A stretch of 64,000 nucleotides of DNA. Origin: Kosmotogaceae bacterium. GTDB lineage: Bacteria > Thermotogota > Thermotogae > Petrotogales > Kosmotogaceae. Both the position numbers and the translations under genes were made by a program. The stretch spans positions 32,505-96,504 of the forward strand of contig JAFGAP010000034.1 of assembly GCA_016933635.1 (NCBI GenBank). The letters are read 5' to 3'. Shown one piece after another: positions 48,238-59,179 of the stretch. The stretch's first letter is position 1. Each line of letters opens with the position of its first letter. Under the pieces are notes generated by a model, which had not been told where the DNA came from, did not search any database, and worked only from the letters and a program-made list of their open reading frames with translations.

Positions 48238-49610
48238 TCGCAACTCTCCTTCAGATTTCTTACTATCAGCTCAATGAACTCTCTCTCTAATCCCAAAAGA
48301 CGCGCTATTGTTACTGCCTCTCTAGGAAAAAACGCATTGCTCTCTATTTCTACAAGTGAATGATCTACATAATAAGAGATTTCCCTTCCGATTTCATTTC
48401 TAATTCTTTCATGATCAAGGCCTTTAATAATGAACAGCTGCGCACCTTCAATCTCCAGGGCTTCTTCGTAGTGGGATGTGAGGATGGTTCGACATTTTTC
48501 GTTTCGACTCAGATACTCTGCCGAAGCCATAAGAAATGCGGGACCTTCTACGGGGTTTGTACTCCTCCCAATTTCATCAAATAAGAACAGCCCTCCGATA
48601 TCCTTATGGACTATCTCTAGAGCCTTCTTCAAATGGTCTACTTCTCCGGCGAACGATGATAGCCCATCCAAAAAAGACTGTTTGTCGCCACTGTAGTATA
48701 CAATCGCATCATATACAGGAATAGAGGCTCTCTTCGCCGGAACGAAAAGGCCATGCTGAAACATAGTCTGAAGGAGAGCAACAGTTCTGAGAAGAACTGA
48801 TTTGCCAGTCATGTTGCCTCCTATAATAACGGACTTTCTTTCAAATCTGGCGCTAAAGGGCTGAAAACTCTTGCCACTCTTGCTCAGAGATGCGGCCAAT
48901 TCAGGATTAACTAGTTCTTCAAACTCATATTCTCCTGAACTGATTTCCGGTTTTCTCAGACCGAGTTCCCTATTCAATTCTACTAGCGCTACGATCAGGT
49001 CGATCTTCCCGATTGTTGTTGCAGATCTTTGAAGGTTTTCTCGATAAGGGGCAAGCTTGCCAGAAAGATCAGCTCTGACTCTATCTTCGATTTCTAGATT
49101 CTGACGGATAAGTTCATCGAGACTCTCTTCGCCATGCTTTTCTCTATTTCTCTGGAGTCTATGAAGCTCCTTTCTCACAACCGCGAGAGCATTATCTAGC
49201 CTGTCAGAAATGTAGAAACTCTCTGTGCCAGCATTGTCGGGATCTAGAAAAGAAAACACAATTGACAGGTCAGGTAGCTGCATCCAAAAACTGCACACTC
49301 CAAGTACACTTCTCAGCCTTTCTGACCAATAGGCGAAGCTCTTTATCTCGAACAACTCGATATCGTCGAGAATCTTTCCAGAGGAGAGATTTGAAATTGT
49401 TCCCCTTATGTCCCTTATCCGCTCTAGAATAGACTTGAGTGACTCTATCTTTGATTCATTCTCATTCACCTCAAGCTGTCTCTTGTGATAAGCCTCTATA
49501 TCCTTATCCCTTTTCAAGAAGGTCATAGCACGCAATTCTTCTCTGCCCATAGGAGTAACGGGATCTATGAGAGAGAGTATGTACTCAAATCCACAATCCA
49601 AATACTTCAA
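48234..49610 (-). CDS. kamC: MutS-related ATPase, putative aminomutase reactivase subunit
   Basis: GGNMTGKS Walker A, GLSSFAGE, DEIGRSTNPVEG, TSHY; no MutS mismatch domain; position next to kamD. Confidence 0.8.
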   Translation of the reverse strand: MKYLDCGFEYILSLIDPVTPMGREELRAMTFLKRDKDIEAYHKRQLEVNENESKIESLKSILERIRDIRGTISNLSSGKILDDIELFEIKSFAYWSERLRSVLGVCSFWMQLPDLSIVFSFLDPDNAGTESFYISDRLDNALAVVRKELHRLQRNREKHGEESLDELIRQNLEIEDRVRADLSGKLAPYRENLQRSATTIGKIDLIVALVELNRELGLRKPEISSGEYEFEELVNPELAASLSKSGKSFQPFSARFERKSVIIGGNMTGKSVLLRTVALLQTMFQHGLFVPAKRASIPVYDAIVYYSGDKQSFLDGLSSFAGEVDHLKKALEIVHKDIGGLFLFDEIGRSTNPVEGPAFLMASAEYLSRNEKCRTILTSHYEEALEIEGAQLFIIKGLDHERIRNEIGREISYYVDHSLVEIESNAFFPREAVTIARLLGLEREFIELIVRNLKESCE

Positions 49611-50611
49611 TTTGAAGTCTCCTCCAAAACATCTAGTACTGGCACATCGACCTTGTCTTCAAGTGATTTTATCAGTTTTTCTGACTGGATCTTGAACCCA
49701 CTTGGTGCTAAGGGATTCACTGTGACCGCTATCAAGTGAGCCGGATGCAAGACTTCCAGGCGGCCTCCCACTCTTTCATACTTCGCGAGACTTATCTCGT
49801 CAAAAAAAACTCGTGAAAAATCCTTCAAGATGATTCTAGTGTTCTTTTCCGCTAAAGCAAGAAGAACGGAAGATGTAAGCGAACCATTTATGTAAATCGT
49901 TCTCCCGGCAAGTTCATGTTTCAGGGATTTTGCTGTAAGTGGAGAATGGCATAGTCTCTCGAAAACTCCGTCTTTCTCTAACCACAAACCGGTTCCTAGC
50001 GAAGCAATTCTTTTGTGGAGTTCAGGTTCTGTACCTGGAAGAGATAGCAATCTCACCACAAAACTAGTCTTTCTGCACAGCTCATTCAAATTCATCGATA
50101 AAGCCGCGCCGGTGGCGAGAACAACTCCGTCCGAAACTAGAGGTGTGCCTGGGCTCATCCTTGAAGTCGAGCCGTCGATCAGTATCTTTTCACAACCGTA
50201 GGATCTCATTGTGTTTACAGCTTCGCTCAGATAGACAAGAATAGACGGGCCCGATATAATTACTTTCCCATCGGCTTCTGCCCTTGCAAAAACCATTCTT
50301 CCCAGAGGAGATCTGTAGTCTCTCAAGTCAATCACGGTAGCAGGAAAACTTCGATGCCGGAAATCCCTCTCAGATGTGACGAAATAAGTGCCTCTGCTTA
50401 CAGTTATCTCCGGTTTCTCATTAAGGTAGACTTGGTCTCTCTTTTCACCCTCTAAACCGGTAGATGTTACTCCTACAGTAGTGCCCTTTTCTCGAAATTC
50501 CTTCAGCATCTGGTTCAAAACAACAGTTTTTCCTGTATTCTTTTCAAGGCCGATCACGGATATTACTTCTATTCCCTCGGCCAAATCTGATATTCTGATC
50601 CGACGCTTCAT
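49607..50611 (-). CDS. kamB: putative aminomutase reactivase subunit (P-loop)
   Basis: IGLEKNTGKT, TSTGLEGE, LIDG, VLATGAAL; position in kam cluster. Confidence 0.78.
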   Translation of the reverse strand: MKRRIRISDLAEGIEVISVIGLEKNTGKTVVLNQMLKEFREKGTTVGVTSTGLEGEKRDQVYLNEKPEITVSRGTYFVTSERDFRHRSFPATVIDLRDYRSPLGRMVFARAEADGKVIISGPSILVYLSEAVNTMRSYGCEKILIDGSTSRMSPGTPLVSDGVVLATGAALSMNLNELCRKTSFVVRLLSLPGTEPELHKRIASLGTGLWLEKDGVFERLCHSPLTAKSLKHELAGRTIYINGSLTSSVLLALAEKNTRIILKDFSRVFFDEISLAKYERVGGRLEVLHPAHLIAVTVNPLAPSGFKIQSEKLIKSLEDKVDVPVLDVLEETSN

Positions 50612-51018
50612 TCTCCCTCGAATAATAGAAGTGCCTCTCCGTCAACTGCCCTCTCTCCGTTGTTTTTTTCTACGGTTGTCCTTACAGATAATCTCCTTTT
50701 CTCAACGTTGATTTCGAGGATTTCTACAGTAATTATTACTTCTTCTTCAAGAAATATGGGTTTGAGAAATCTTACCTCCTGTTTCATGTAGATGGAGCCG
50801 GGTCCAGGAAATTCATTCCCGAGAATTGCCGAAATAATCCCAACCGAAAGCATTCCATGAGCGATTCTTCTGCCAAAACGCGAGTTTACTGCGAATTCCT
50901 CATCTGTGTGAACAGGATTTCTGTCTCCAGTCAAGTTGGCAAAGGAGTCAACCATTTCAGCTGAAATTTTTCTTCTAGTCGAGAAACTCTGGCCCACGAA
51001 GAAGTCTTCGAACTTCAC
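50608..51018 (-). CDS. MaoC family dehydratase/(R)-enoyl-CoA hydratase
   Basis: [32 protein letters not shown]; GTG 51018 overlaps kamA stop. Confidence 0.88.
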   Translation of the reverse strand: MKFEDFFVGQSFSTRRKISAEMVDSFANLTGDRNPVHTDEEFAVNSRFGRRIAHGMLSVGIISAILGNEFPGPGSIYMKQEVRFLKPIFLEEEVIITVEILEINVEKRRLSVRTTVEKNNGERAVDGEALLLFEGE

Positions 51019-52283
51019 TTTCTCACCTTCTTCTCTTTCCACTTCTTTATCCTGTCTCTTCTTTGAAGTGTTGTAGGCTCAAAACTCATCGAGTTTCCGT
51101 AAAGGAGATCTGATACTCCTGTAAATTCGTATTTCTCTCTGTAAACTCTGTCATCAACATCGCTAGAAGTGTCATCTGGTTCATGATATGTAGTGATTAC
51201 TCCTTCATAGTTTCTTAGCACGACGACTCTGTCTGATTCAGAAATATTGTATTGAGGCATTACTCTAATCTTGCCTCCCCCACCGGGCGCGTCAACTACG
51301 AATGTCGGAACACATAATCCCGACGTATTACCGATCAATGATTCCATGATTCCAATACCTTTCCTGATTGAGGTTCTGAAATGACCGATTCCCTGAGAGA
51401 GATCACATTGATAGATGTAATACGGTCTCACCCTGATCTTTACTAATTGATGCACTAGTTCCATCATAATATATGGAGAGTCATTGACTCCCCTGAGGAG
51501 TACCGATTGGTTTCCCAGCGGAATACCTCCATCTGCAAGCATTTCGCAGGCTCTGGTCGAATCGGGAGTGATTTCGAGAGGGTGATTGAAGTGAGTATTA
51601 ATCCATACTGGATGATATTTTCTTAGCATCCTCACGAGTTCCGGCGTAACTCTCTGTGGGAGAACAACGGGCGTCCTAGTTCCGATTCTAATAATCTCGA
51701 CATGGGGAATCTCTCTGAGTTCGCTCAGAATGTACTCCAGATAATCGTCTCCAACAAGTAATGCGTCTCCCCCGGAAAGCAATACATCTCTTACTTCAGG
51801 CGTTTCCCTTATGTATTCAATGGCATCATCGATTTCCTTACGGGTTCTGGCCCTGTCAAGCTGTCCAGCAAATCTTCTTCTAGTACAATGTCTGCAATAC
51901 ATCGAACACTGGTCTGTTATAAGGAAGAGGACACGATCGGGGTATCTATGAGTTAGTCCTGGCACAGGAGAGTCCTCATCTTCATGAAGCGGATCTATCA
52001 TATCCCATTTGTCGATTTTTAGCTCTCTGTCGGTAGGAACAGCTTGTCTTCGTATAGGGCATCTTTGATTATTGGAGTCCATCAACGTCGCGTAGTAAGG
52101 TGTTATTGACATTCGTAGGGTTCTGAGACATTCGGCGACTCCATGAGCTTCTTCTTCGGTGATATCGATGATTTGCCTTAACGCTTCCACGGTCTTGACT
52201 CTGTTGGCAACCTGCCACCGCCAGTCGCTCCACTGAGCGGGTGTTACATTACTCCACATAGGGATTTCTCTGTAGTCACGCAT
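51015..52283 (-). CDS. kamA: L-lysine 2,3-aminomutase (radical SAM, PLP)
   Basis: [38 protein letters not shown]. Confidence 0.96.
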   Translation of the reverse strand: MRDYREIPMWSNVTPAQWSDWRWQVANRVKTVEALRQIIDITEEEAHGVAECLRTLRMSITPYYATLMDSNNQRCPIRRQAVPTDRELKIDKWDMIDPLHEDEDSPVPGLTHRYPDRVLFLITDQCSMYCRHCTRRRFAGQLDRARTRKEIDDAIEYIRETPEVRDVLLSGGDALLVGDDYLEYILSELREIPHVEIIRIGTRTPVVLPQRVTPELVRMLRKYHPVWINTHFNHPLEITPDSTRACEMLADGGIPLGNQSVLLRGVNDSPYIMMELVHQLVKIRVRPYYIYQCDLSQGIGHFRTSIRKGIGIMESLIGNTSGLCVPTFVVDAPGGGGKIRVMPQYNISESDRVVVLRNYEGVITTYHEPDDTSSDVDDRVYREKYEFTGVSDLLYGNSMSFEPTTLQRRDRIKKWKEKKVRK

Positions 52284-52293
52284 TCACGCCACC

Positions 52294-53325
52294 TCAAATG
52301 TATAGCTTCTGAAAAAGCCTTCTAATATCATCAGATTCTCTCAAGATTCCGAGCGCAAACTCAGCATGGCCCTTAGTATAGCCATTCCCAACTATCATTG
52401 TAATATCCTTTCCGACACCTTCAGCCCCGAGCGCAGCTCTGGTAAAAGATGTAGCCATACTGAAGAAGTAAACTGTTCCGCTGTCCTTTGTGGATAGAAT
52501 AGACCCCATCTCTGTTCCGGGAACATTGACGTTATTTATTACCACATCACATAGATCTCCGTCCGTTGATTCGGCGATTTTCTCATAGATTTCTAGAGGT
52601 TTTGTTGCGTCGGCGATGACAACTTCGTGGGCAAGGCCAAGTTTTCGAATTCTCTCTGCGTTCTCCACTGAATATTCTACTACAATCACCTTCCCCGAAT
52701 CACGGCATTTCCTCATTGCTGCGTAGCAGCAGAGAAGACCGGACTTACCCCCGCCTCCCAGAATGGCTACATTCATACCTTTTTTTACTAGTTTGTCAAC
52801 CTGTGCCGGTGCACCGGCAACATCAAGTACAGCTAGAGCCATTTTAGGGGGAATATCTGACGGTAGCCGTGCATATATTCCGCTTTCAAACAACACTGCC
52901 TTTCCTTCAATATCGATCTGGTCTTTTTCGAGATGTACTTCAACAATCCTTTCGATGTTCAAGGGTGTCAGCGATAGGGAAACAAGAGAGGCAATAGTAT
53001 CGCCTATCTGTAAATCCCCTTTTAAAAGGTCTTTCCCAATCTTGGATACTTTTCCGATAAACATTCCTCCCGAACCCGTAACTGGATTTTGGAGCTTACC
53101 TCTTTTCCTTACTATATCCATGATCATGGATGAGATCTTTGTCACGTTATCTTCACAGACTTCTCTTATCTGAGTGAAACTTGCCGAATCTACGTTTAAA
53201 CTTACAACATCTACCAGTATTTCATTATCGTAGAGGTCCAAAGAGTTGTCGATCCTTGACGCTGCCTGAGGAAGGAATCCTTCAGGCTCGATTACTCTGT
53301 GACTTCCATAGGGGCATCCTTTCAC
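52294..53325 (-). CDS. kdd: L-erythro-3,5-diaminohexanoate dehydrogenase
   Basis: GCPYGSHRVIEP, NVDSASF, NPVTGSGGM, DVAGAP, FFSMATSF..AALGAEG. Confidence 0.93.
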   Translation of the reverse strand: MKGCPYGSHRVIEPEGFLPQAASRIDNSLDLYDNEILVDVVSLNVDSASFTQIREVCEDNVTKISSMIMDIVRKRGKLQNPVTGSGGMFIGKVSKIGKDLLKGDLQIGDTIASLVSLSLTPLNIERIVEVHLEKDQIDIEGKAVLFESGIYARLPSDIPPKMALAVLDVAGAPAQVDKLVKKGMNVAILGGGGKSGLLCCYAAMRKCRDSGKVIVVEYSVENAERIRKLGLAHEVVIADATKPLEIYEKIAESTDGDLCDVVINNVNVPGTEMGSILSTKDSGTVYFFSMATSFTRAALGAEGVGKDITMIVGNGYTKGHAEFALGILRESDDIRRLFQKLYI

Positions 53326-54146
53326 TGACTCTTCCTCCTGATCCCAAGGATTTCTCTTGCTTCTTCGGGGCTGGCTACGTCTCTACCCAGTTCATTCGAG
53401 ATTCTGACTACCCTCTGTACTAGCTGAGCGTTCGAAATTGCCAGCTCACCTTTCTTGTAGTAGATATTGTCTTCGAAACCAACTCTGACATGTCCTCCAA
53501 GAAGAATTGCGGCAGTTGCCAGAGTAAGCTCGTTCCTTCCAATCCCGGCTACAGTCCAAGTGCTTCCTTGAGGGATTGCTCTCACCATGTGGATCAGATC
53601 TTCAATGTTCCCGGGGCAAGCTCCAGGAACACCGAGAACGAAATCAAAATGCACGGGGCTATCTATCAAACCCTTCTTAAGCAATTTAAAAGCGTTTTCG
53701 ATCATTCCCCTCTCGAAAACTTCAATCTCAGGTTTAATCCCTCTTGCTTTCATCTCCCGTGCGAAAGTCTCCATGGTATCCTGTGAATTGAAAAAAACAT
53801 CTTCACCAAAGTTGCAAGTACCTGCCGAAAGAGTAGCCATCTCTGGATTTAGTTCTAGCGGTTTTGCCCTCTCTCCAATTTGGTGCCACACTGCTCCGCC
53901 AGTTGAAGGTTGAAATATCAAATCACATTTCTCTGCAATCCTCTCCTTGATTTCCCGGTAAACTTCCAGATTCTGCGTCGGTTTCCCCGAAGAATCCCTA
54001 GCGTGAATATGAACAATGCTTGCTCCTGATAGAAAGCAATCATACGCTGCCTTAGTGATCTCTTCGGGAGAAATTGGAAGAGCAGGCTGCTGATCCTTCA
54101 TTACTTCTGCGCCCGTTAGTGCGGCAGTAATTATGAGTTTATTCAT
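53322..54146 (-). CDS. kce: 3-keto-5-aminohexanoate cleavage enzyme
   Basis: [36 protein letters not shown]. Confidence 0.94.
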   Translation of the reverse strand: MNKLIITAALTGAEVMKDQQPALPISPEEITKAAYDCFLSGASIVHIHARDSSGKPTQNLEVYREIKERIAEKCDLIFQPSTGGAVWHQIGERAKPLELNPEMATLSAGTCNFGEDVFFNSQDTMETFAREMKARGIKPEIEVFERGMIENAFKLLKKGLIDSPVHFDFVLGVPGACPGNIEDLIHMVRAIPQGSTWTVAGIGRNELTLATAAILLGGHVRVGFEDNIYYKKGELAISNAQLVQRVVRISNELGRDVASPEEAREILGIRRKSQ

Positions 54147-54534
54147 CGCACTTCCTCTGTCTTTTTTTTGGAACAACGCATGTTCCGCTAGCCCTGCATA
54201 CCAGTACTGGTTCTGACAGTAATTCTGCAGCGGAATCGCTTATTTCAGGTTTGGTCTGTACTACCTTGAATGCCTGAAACAGCATTTTCCTGGATGTATT
54301 TCCAGTCGAGACAATCTCTCCTGTGGCTTCAATGTAATCTCCCGCGTAAACCGGCGCAATAAATTCGATATTATCATAAGCCTTGAATAAGCCCTCGTCC
54401 CCATCATGCCTTATAAGAAGTTCTGTGGCGACATCGCCGAACATCTGAAGGATTCTTGCCCCGTCGACTAGGTTGCCTCCATAGTGAGCATCGTGAAGAC
54501 TCATTCGCAACCTGATCATGACTTTTGTCAACAT
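54139..54534 (-). CDS. kal: 3-aminobutyryl-CoA ammonia lyase
   Basis: [31 protein letters not shown] hot-dog fold signature. Confidence 0.93.
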   Translation of the reverse strand: MLTKVMIRLRMSLHDAHYGGNLVDGARILQMFGDVATELLIRHDGDEGLFKAYDNIEFIAPVYAGDYIEATGEIVSTGNTSRKMLFQAFKVVQTKPEISDSAAELLSEPVLVCRASGTCVVPKKRQRKCDE

Positions 54535-54748
54535 ATTCGCCTCCTTATTTAATTCTGCCTCTAAATTGTAACTATCGCAAAGCCTGCGACCGGTGATTAA
54601 AGGCTTATAGAGTCAAGCATTAGTCTCTATGTCGTTCTTCCTATTCTGTTATACATGATTTTTCCGAAAAATAACCTCCCAGACTTCGCCAGGTAAAGAT
54701 CTACCTTTCTGGTATGCTATAGATAATGGGATGTAGTGGGAAGGAGAG

Positions 54749-55759
54749 ATGTATGTGGTAAGGACTTTGATAATGGCGGGCGGCATAGGTGAGAGGCTTT
54801 GGCCTGTAAGTGTTAAGAAAAGGCCAAAGCAGTTTCATAAGTTTGGTTCATCGAAGACAATGATTGAAGAGACTATTGAAAGAATGGAAAAGGTAACAGA
54901 CGAGATAATCATTATTACGACAAGGGAGCAGTTCCCCTTGATGCAGTACTATCTACCGCTCTTCCCGGGAGAGAACGTAATCTTTGAGCCCATGAGAAGA
55001 AATACAGCTCCTGCAATAGCATTGGGCAGTACCAGATTTAGCCCCGATGATATTATGGTTGTCGTTCCCGCCGATCATGTTATTAGAGATGAAGAGAGTT
55101 TTGTCAGAACTCTGAATAGGGCAATAAAATATGCCGAATCAAATGATTCGCTAGTTACGATCGGGATTACCCCTACTCATCCTTACACCGGTTATGGTTA
55201 TATCGAGCGAGGAAGCGCCGTTGATGAAAACGAAGAAGTGTATTCAGTAAAGAAGTTTCATGAAAAACCAGACTATGAAACTGCTCAGCGTTATCTCCAG
55301 TCCGGCAGGTTTCTGTGGAATTCCGGTATCTTCGTTTGGAAGAAGAGCGTTTTCGATTTTGAGCTCTCAAAGAACTTCCCGGATCTGTTTTCTGCAATTT
55401 CAGAGATAAGTAATAGACCAGAAGACATAGAGAAGATCTACAACAGGCTTCAGAAGATCTCGATTGATTATGGTTTGATGGAGAGATCCTCAAGAGTAGC
55501 AACTGTACCTGCAAGCTTCTACTGGAACGATATTGGCTCGTGGGATGCAGTTTATGATCTGCTAATGAAAGACAAGAATGGGAATGCAGTCGAGGGGGAG
55601 TTTTCTCTAAAGGACGTGAAGAACTGCCTTTTGATAAATCATACCCAGAAGAAACTGGCCGCGTCGGGAATTGAAGGCTTCATATTGGTAGCGACCAGTG
55701 AGGGAACGTTGGTTTGCAGGCGAGGAGAGTCACAAGATATAAAGGAGATAACAAAGTAA
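54749..55759 (+). CDS. manC: mannose-1-phosphate guanylyltransferase
   Basis: MAGGIGERLWP, PKQF, EPMRRNTAPA, PADH, EKP, WNSGIF, SIDYG, WNDIGSW. Confidence 0.88.
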   Translation: MYVVRTLIMAGGIGERLWPVSVKKRPKQFHKFGSSKTMIEETIERMEKVTDEIIIITTREQFPLMQYYLPLFPGENVIFEPMRRNTAPAIALGSTRFSPDDIMVVVPADHVIRDEESFVRTLNRAIKYAESNDSLVTIGITPTHPYTGYGYIERGSAVDENEEVYSVKKFHEKPDYETAQRYLQSGRFLWNSGIFVWKKSVFDFELSKNFPDLFSAISEISNRPEDIEKIYNRLQKISIDYGLMERSSRVATVPASFYWNDIGSWDAVYDLLMKDKNGNAVEGEFSLKDVKNCLLINHTQKKLAASGIEGFILVATSEGTLVCRRGESQDIKEITK

Positions 55760-55771
55760 GGAGGAGAAGAA

Positions 55772-57157
55772 GTGGATAGGAAACTTGACGAAATGGTGAT
55801 TGCCCTTAAAGATGAGCTGGTAAGTGCTGTGTCTGATTCGGTTAGAGTCAAGTCAGTTCAGGACACGCCTGTTGATGGCGGTCCCTTTGGTAAAGGTGTT
55901 AAGGAATCCCTTGAGAAGACAGTGAAGTTGGCAAAGGATCTTGGTTTTGAATCCAGAAACGCCGACGGATACGTTGGTATAGTTGATTACGGATCTGGGG
56001 AAACGTTCGGCGTTTTAGGACATCTCGATGTAGTTCCAGAAGGAGAAGGTTGGGAAGTCCCCCCCTACAGCGGGCTTGTAAAGGACGGTGAAATCTGGGG
56101 AAGGGGCACGCAGGATGACAAAGGTCCTATGATTGCTGTCCTCTACGCTCTGAAGGCAGTAAAAGATTACGTTACGAAGCCTTCGAAGAGGATAAGGCTG
56201 ATTTTTGGCACGAACGAAGAATCCGGGTGGGAGTGCATGAAATACTACGTCAAACACGAGGAGATCCCGGATATGTCAGTGACTCCGGATGCTGATTTTC
56301 CTGTAATATTTGCAGAGAAAGGCATTGTTAATTACGGGATTTCAGCACCAGCGCACAACGGAAGAGAAGGAATATCACTTGAGGTTCTTTCTGCAGGTGA
56401 GGCTCCAAACATGGTTGCATCTTCGGCTAAGGCAGTACTCCTGGGTGTGGATGCAGAGACTTATGAGAAAATTGAAGCCTTTTCGCCGAAAAATGACACA
56501 AAACTGAAGTTAACCCGATCGGAGGATAAAGTCGAAGTCTTGGTTACAGGTTCTTCGGCTCATGGGTCGACTCCTTACAAAGGGCATAGTGCTATAGCTG
56601 CTATCGTAGATCTTCTGGCCGATCTTAGACTGGGAGACTCTGAAATCGATAACTTTCTTACTGCTATAAAATCCAAGATCGGTTATGAGTTCTATGGCGA
56701 ATCTCTAGGAATTTCGGGAAAGGATTCGATGTCTGGAGAACTGACATTGAATGCAGGTACACTAAAACTTCAAGCCGGTGTCCTGAAGTTGGTTATCAAT
56801 ATTAGGTATCCGGTCTTCTTCAACGAATCGATGATTAGATCACAAATAGAAGAGGCCTTCAAAGGATTTCGCGTAGAGACTTTCCATCACCAGAAGCCGC
56901 TTTACATCTCTCCAGACTCTGAACTCGTTAAGATGTGCAGAGAGGTGTACAAGGAAGTAACGGGACACGATGAAGAACCAATAGCTATCGGCGGTGGCAC
57001 TTATGCACGTGCCGTACCAAACGCAGTGGCTTTCGGAGCGCTTTTTCCTGGGAATGTCGAGATGGCACACCAGCCAAATGAAAGAGCATCGACCGAAGAT
57101 CTCCTTCTTGTTTCGAGAATATACGCTCAGCTGTTCTTGAAATTCCTTAAGTCATAA
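55772..57157 (+). CDS. pepV: dipeptidase PepV (M20)
   Basis: GHLDVVP, GRGTQDDKGP, NEESG, AEKG, GGGTYAR, AHQPNE. Confidence 0.88.
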   Translation: MDRKLDEMVIALKDELVSAVSDSVRVKSVQDTPVDGGPFGKGVKESLEKTVKLAKDLGFESRNADGYVGIVDYGSGETFGVLGHLDVVPEGEGWEVPPYSGLVKDGEIWGRGTQDDKGPMIAVLYALKAVKDYVTKPSKRIRLIFGTNEESGWECMKYYVKHEEIPDMSVTPDADFPVIFAEKGIVNYGISAPAHNGREGISLEVLSAGEAPNMVASSAKAVLLGVDAETYEKIEAFSPKNDTKLKLTRSEDKVEVLVTGSSAHGSTPYKGHSAIAAIVDLLADLRLGDSEIDNFLTAIKSKIGYEFYGESLGISGKDSMSGELTLNAGTLKLQAGVLKLVINIRYPVFFNESMIRSQIEEAFKGFRVETFHHQKPLYISPDSELVKMCREVYKEVTGHDEEPIAIGGGTYARAVPNAVAFGALFPGNVEMAHQPNERASTEDLLLVSRIYAQLFLKFLKS

Positions 57158-57230
57158 TCGCTATAATTACTAGATATGATAATCAAGGTATCGAAGAATT
57201 CTTTTCGGTCCCTTTGTTATTTGCATGTCT

Positions 57231-58562
57231 TCAATCAACTACATTTTTCAGCCACTTCCAGGTCAATGTTCTCCTAATCCCCAGAATTGATTTGAAAAGC
57301 TCTTCGACCATCATTGCAATGTAAACTAGAGTAAGTGGCCATTTAAGAACGAGACCTGTTATCGCGACAAGAGGAATTCCAACTCCCCATAGTGAGACAA
57401 TCTCAATTATCATTGCTGCCCTCGAATCACCTCCGCTTCTTAGGACCCCTACAATATTTACCGCATTGAACATCTTGATTGGCTGTGAAAGGCCAACAAT
57501 AATTAGCACAGTGAGAACAATGTTCTTAAGTGATTGATCGATATTGTAGAAATTCACTATAACTCTTGAAAGAAGGATGATGATAAAGCCAGTGACCACT
57601 GCGGTGATGACGGTAAGCTGAAGCAATCTTCTCGCATTGTATTTTGCCTGAGAAAAATTGTTCCTTCCAAGTTCTGCTCCCACCATTACAACTGTCGCCG
57701 AGGAAAGTCCACCAAAGATGACAAAGCCAAAGTTCTCAATTGTACTAGAAATATTCCTGGCAGCTATGAATTCTGTGCCCATTCTTGCCATTACCAGAGA
57801 ATACATTGTGATACCAAGGCTCCACAAGAATTCATTAATGATTACTGGAGTAGCATATTTCATCAGCCTTCTGAAAAATGGAATTTCGAATCTTAAGGCA
57901 GATCTGGAAAGCCTTATCGGCGTCTTCTTGCGGTAAACAATATTGACAAATATTACAAATTCCACCAATCTAGAGAGAAGCGTTGCAAAAGACGCTCCAA
58001 AAACCCCTAAAGGTTCAATTGGGCCAAGACCGAAAATCAGAATGTAATTCGCAACCGTATTGATCGAGAGGGCGACGAGACTAACATACATAGGAATCCT
58101 AGCCTTTTCCACAGTCCTCAAGGCCATTGCAATAATGAAAGAAAAGGACGTCAGAAATGTGGAGAAGGCGACAGGCCTTGCATACACTGTCCCTGTCCTT
58201 ATTACTTCGACATCTGTAGTGAAGATCATGAGAATTCTCTCAGGCAAGAAGAAAAGCAGGACAAAGAATATTGCGGCGGCTCCCATGGTTATATATAGTA
58301 TGTGTCCAATGGTTTTCTCGATGTTTTTCTCATCTCTCTTGCCCCAAAACTGAGCGACAAATATTCCGGCCCCGCTGGAAATACCAAAGGTAAGTATGTT
58401 AAGAATGAATACTACTTGATTGACCAGCCCCACTGAAGCTATGGCAGTTGTACCCAGCTGCCCGATCATCAAATTGTCTACGAGATTGAGGCCGGTAGAT
58501 ATCAGGTTTTGAAGAGTAATTGGTATGGCAATCGAGAGCATTCGCTTAGTGAAATCCTTCAT
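57231..58562 (-). CDS. MATE family efflux transporter
   Basis: IAIPITLQNL, DNLMIGQLG, AQFWG, many TM helices, LRSGGD. Confidence 0.92.
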   Translation of the reverse strand: MKDFTKRMLSIAIPITLQNLISTGLNLVDNLMIGQLGTTAIASVGLVNQVVFILNILTFGISSGAGIFVAQFWGKRDEKNIEKTIGHILYITMGAAAIFFVLLFFLPERILMIFTTDVEVIRTGTVYARPVAFSTFLTSFSFIIAMALRTVEKARIPMYVSLVALSINTVANYILIFGLGPIEPLGVFGASFATLLSRLVEFVIFVNIVYRKKTPIRLSRSALRFEIPFFRRLMKYATPVIINEFLWSLGITMYSLVMARMGTEFIAARNISSTIENFGFVIFGGLSSATVVMVGAELGRNNFSQAKYNARRLLQLTVITAVVTGFIIILLSRVIVNFYNIDQSLKNIVLTVLIIVGLSQPIKMFNAVNIVGVLRSGGDSRAAMIIEIVSLWGVGIPLVAITGLVLKWPLTLVYIAMMVEELFKSILGIRRTLTWKWLKNVVD

Positions 58563-58592
58563 AACTACCTCCGACGAGATTAGCGCCGTAGA

Positions 58593-58621
58593 ATTATACA
58601 GCTATTTCTGAAGATAGGCAA
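58593..58621 (-). promoter_or_regulatory. candidate sigma70 promoter of MATE gene
   Basis: Minus strand TTGCCT-17-TATAAT; a divergent extended -10 TGCTATAAT at 58656-58664 precedes the CGGC gene. Confidence 0.6.
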
Positions 58622-58702
58622 TGGTGCATGTTGAAGGATTTTCGTTGCTAATACTTGCTATAATGAGAATGACAGATACTCGAAAGTGGAAGGGGTGTTC
58701 AT

Positions 58703-59146
58703 GTGAAGAAGATAGGGATAATTATCTGTGGGCGCTATCAGAATTGCGGTGGTGGTAAGTGTCTTAGGGCCATGAGAGAACATGTCGGGGGTTTTGCATT
58801 ATATCCGAAAGATGAAGAACTGCAGCTTGTTGGTTATTCCTACTGCGGAGGATGTCCCGGTGGAAATGTAGAATACGTACCTCAGGAAATGATAAAAAAC
58901 GGTGCAGAAGTCATACACCTGGCGACGGGAATGGTAGTGGGATATCCACCTTGTCCGAGACTGAGTCATTTCAAGGAGTTCATCGAAAGCTATTATGAAA
59001 TTCCGGTTGTAATCGGTACTCATCCAATTCCAATGAAATATCTCGTTGCTCATCAGAAGCTTTCATTCTGGAAAAAGACCGATATGTTTTCTATCGCAGA
59101 ACACTTGATGAAAGAAGACCCGGCGATAATGAAAGCATATGATTAA
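58703..59146 (+). CDS. CGGC domain-containing protein
   Basis: IIICGRYQNCGGGKC, YCGGCPG, IHLATG, CP, GTH. Confidence 0.88.
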   Translation: MKKIGIIICGRYQNCGGGKCLRAMREHVGGFALYPKDEELQLVGYSYCGGCPGGNVEYVPQEMIKNGAEVIHLATGMVVGYPPCPRLSHFKEFIESYYEIPVVIGTHPIPMKYLVAHQKLSFWKKTDMFSIAEHLMKEDPAIMKAYD

Positions 59147-59179
59147 GTGTGAGAAATTTGCTCCGTAATATGAAAACTG

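Noticed and set aside
48234-49610. mutS/mutS2 DNA repair gene
   Set aside because: Only 458 aa, lacks mismatch-binding and Smr domains, embedded in the kam operon
54535-54748. Lysine or cobalamin riboswitch upstream of the lysine operon
   Set aside because: The only AGAGG-type start lies about 30 nt from the ATG, too close for the aptamer; no cobalamin-box pattern seen
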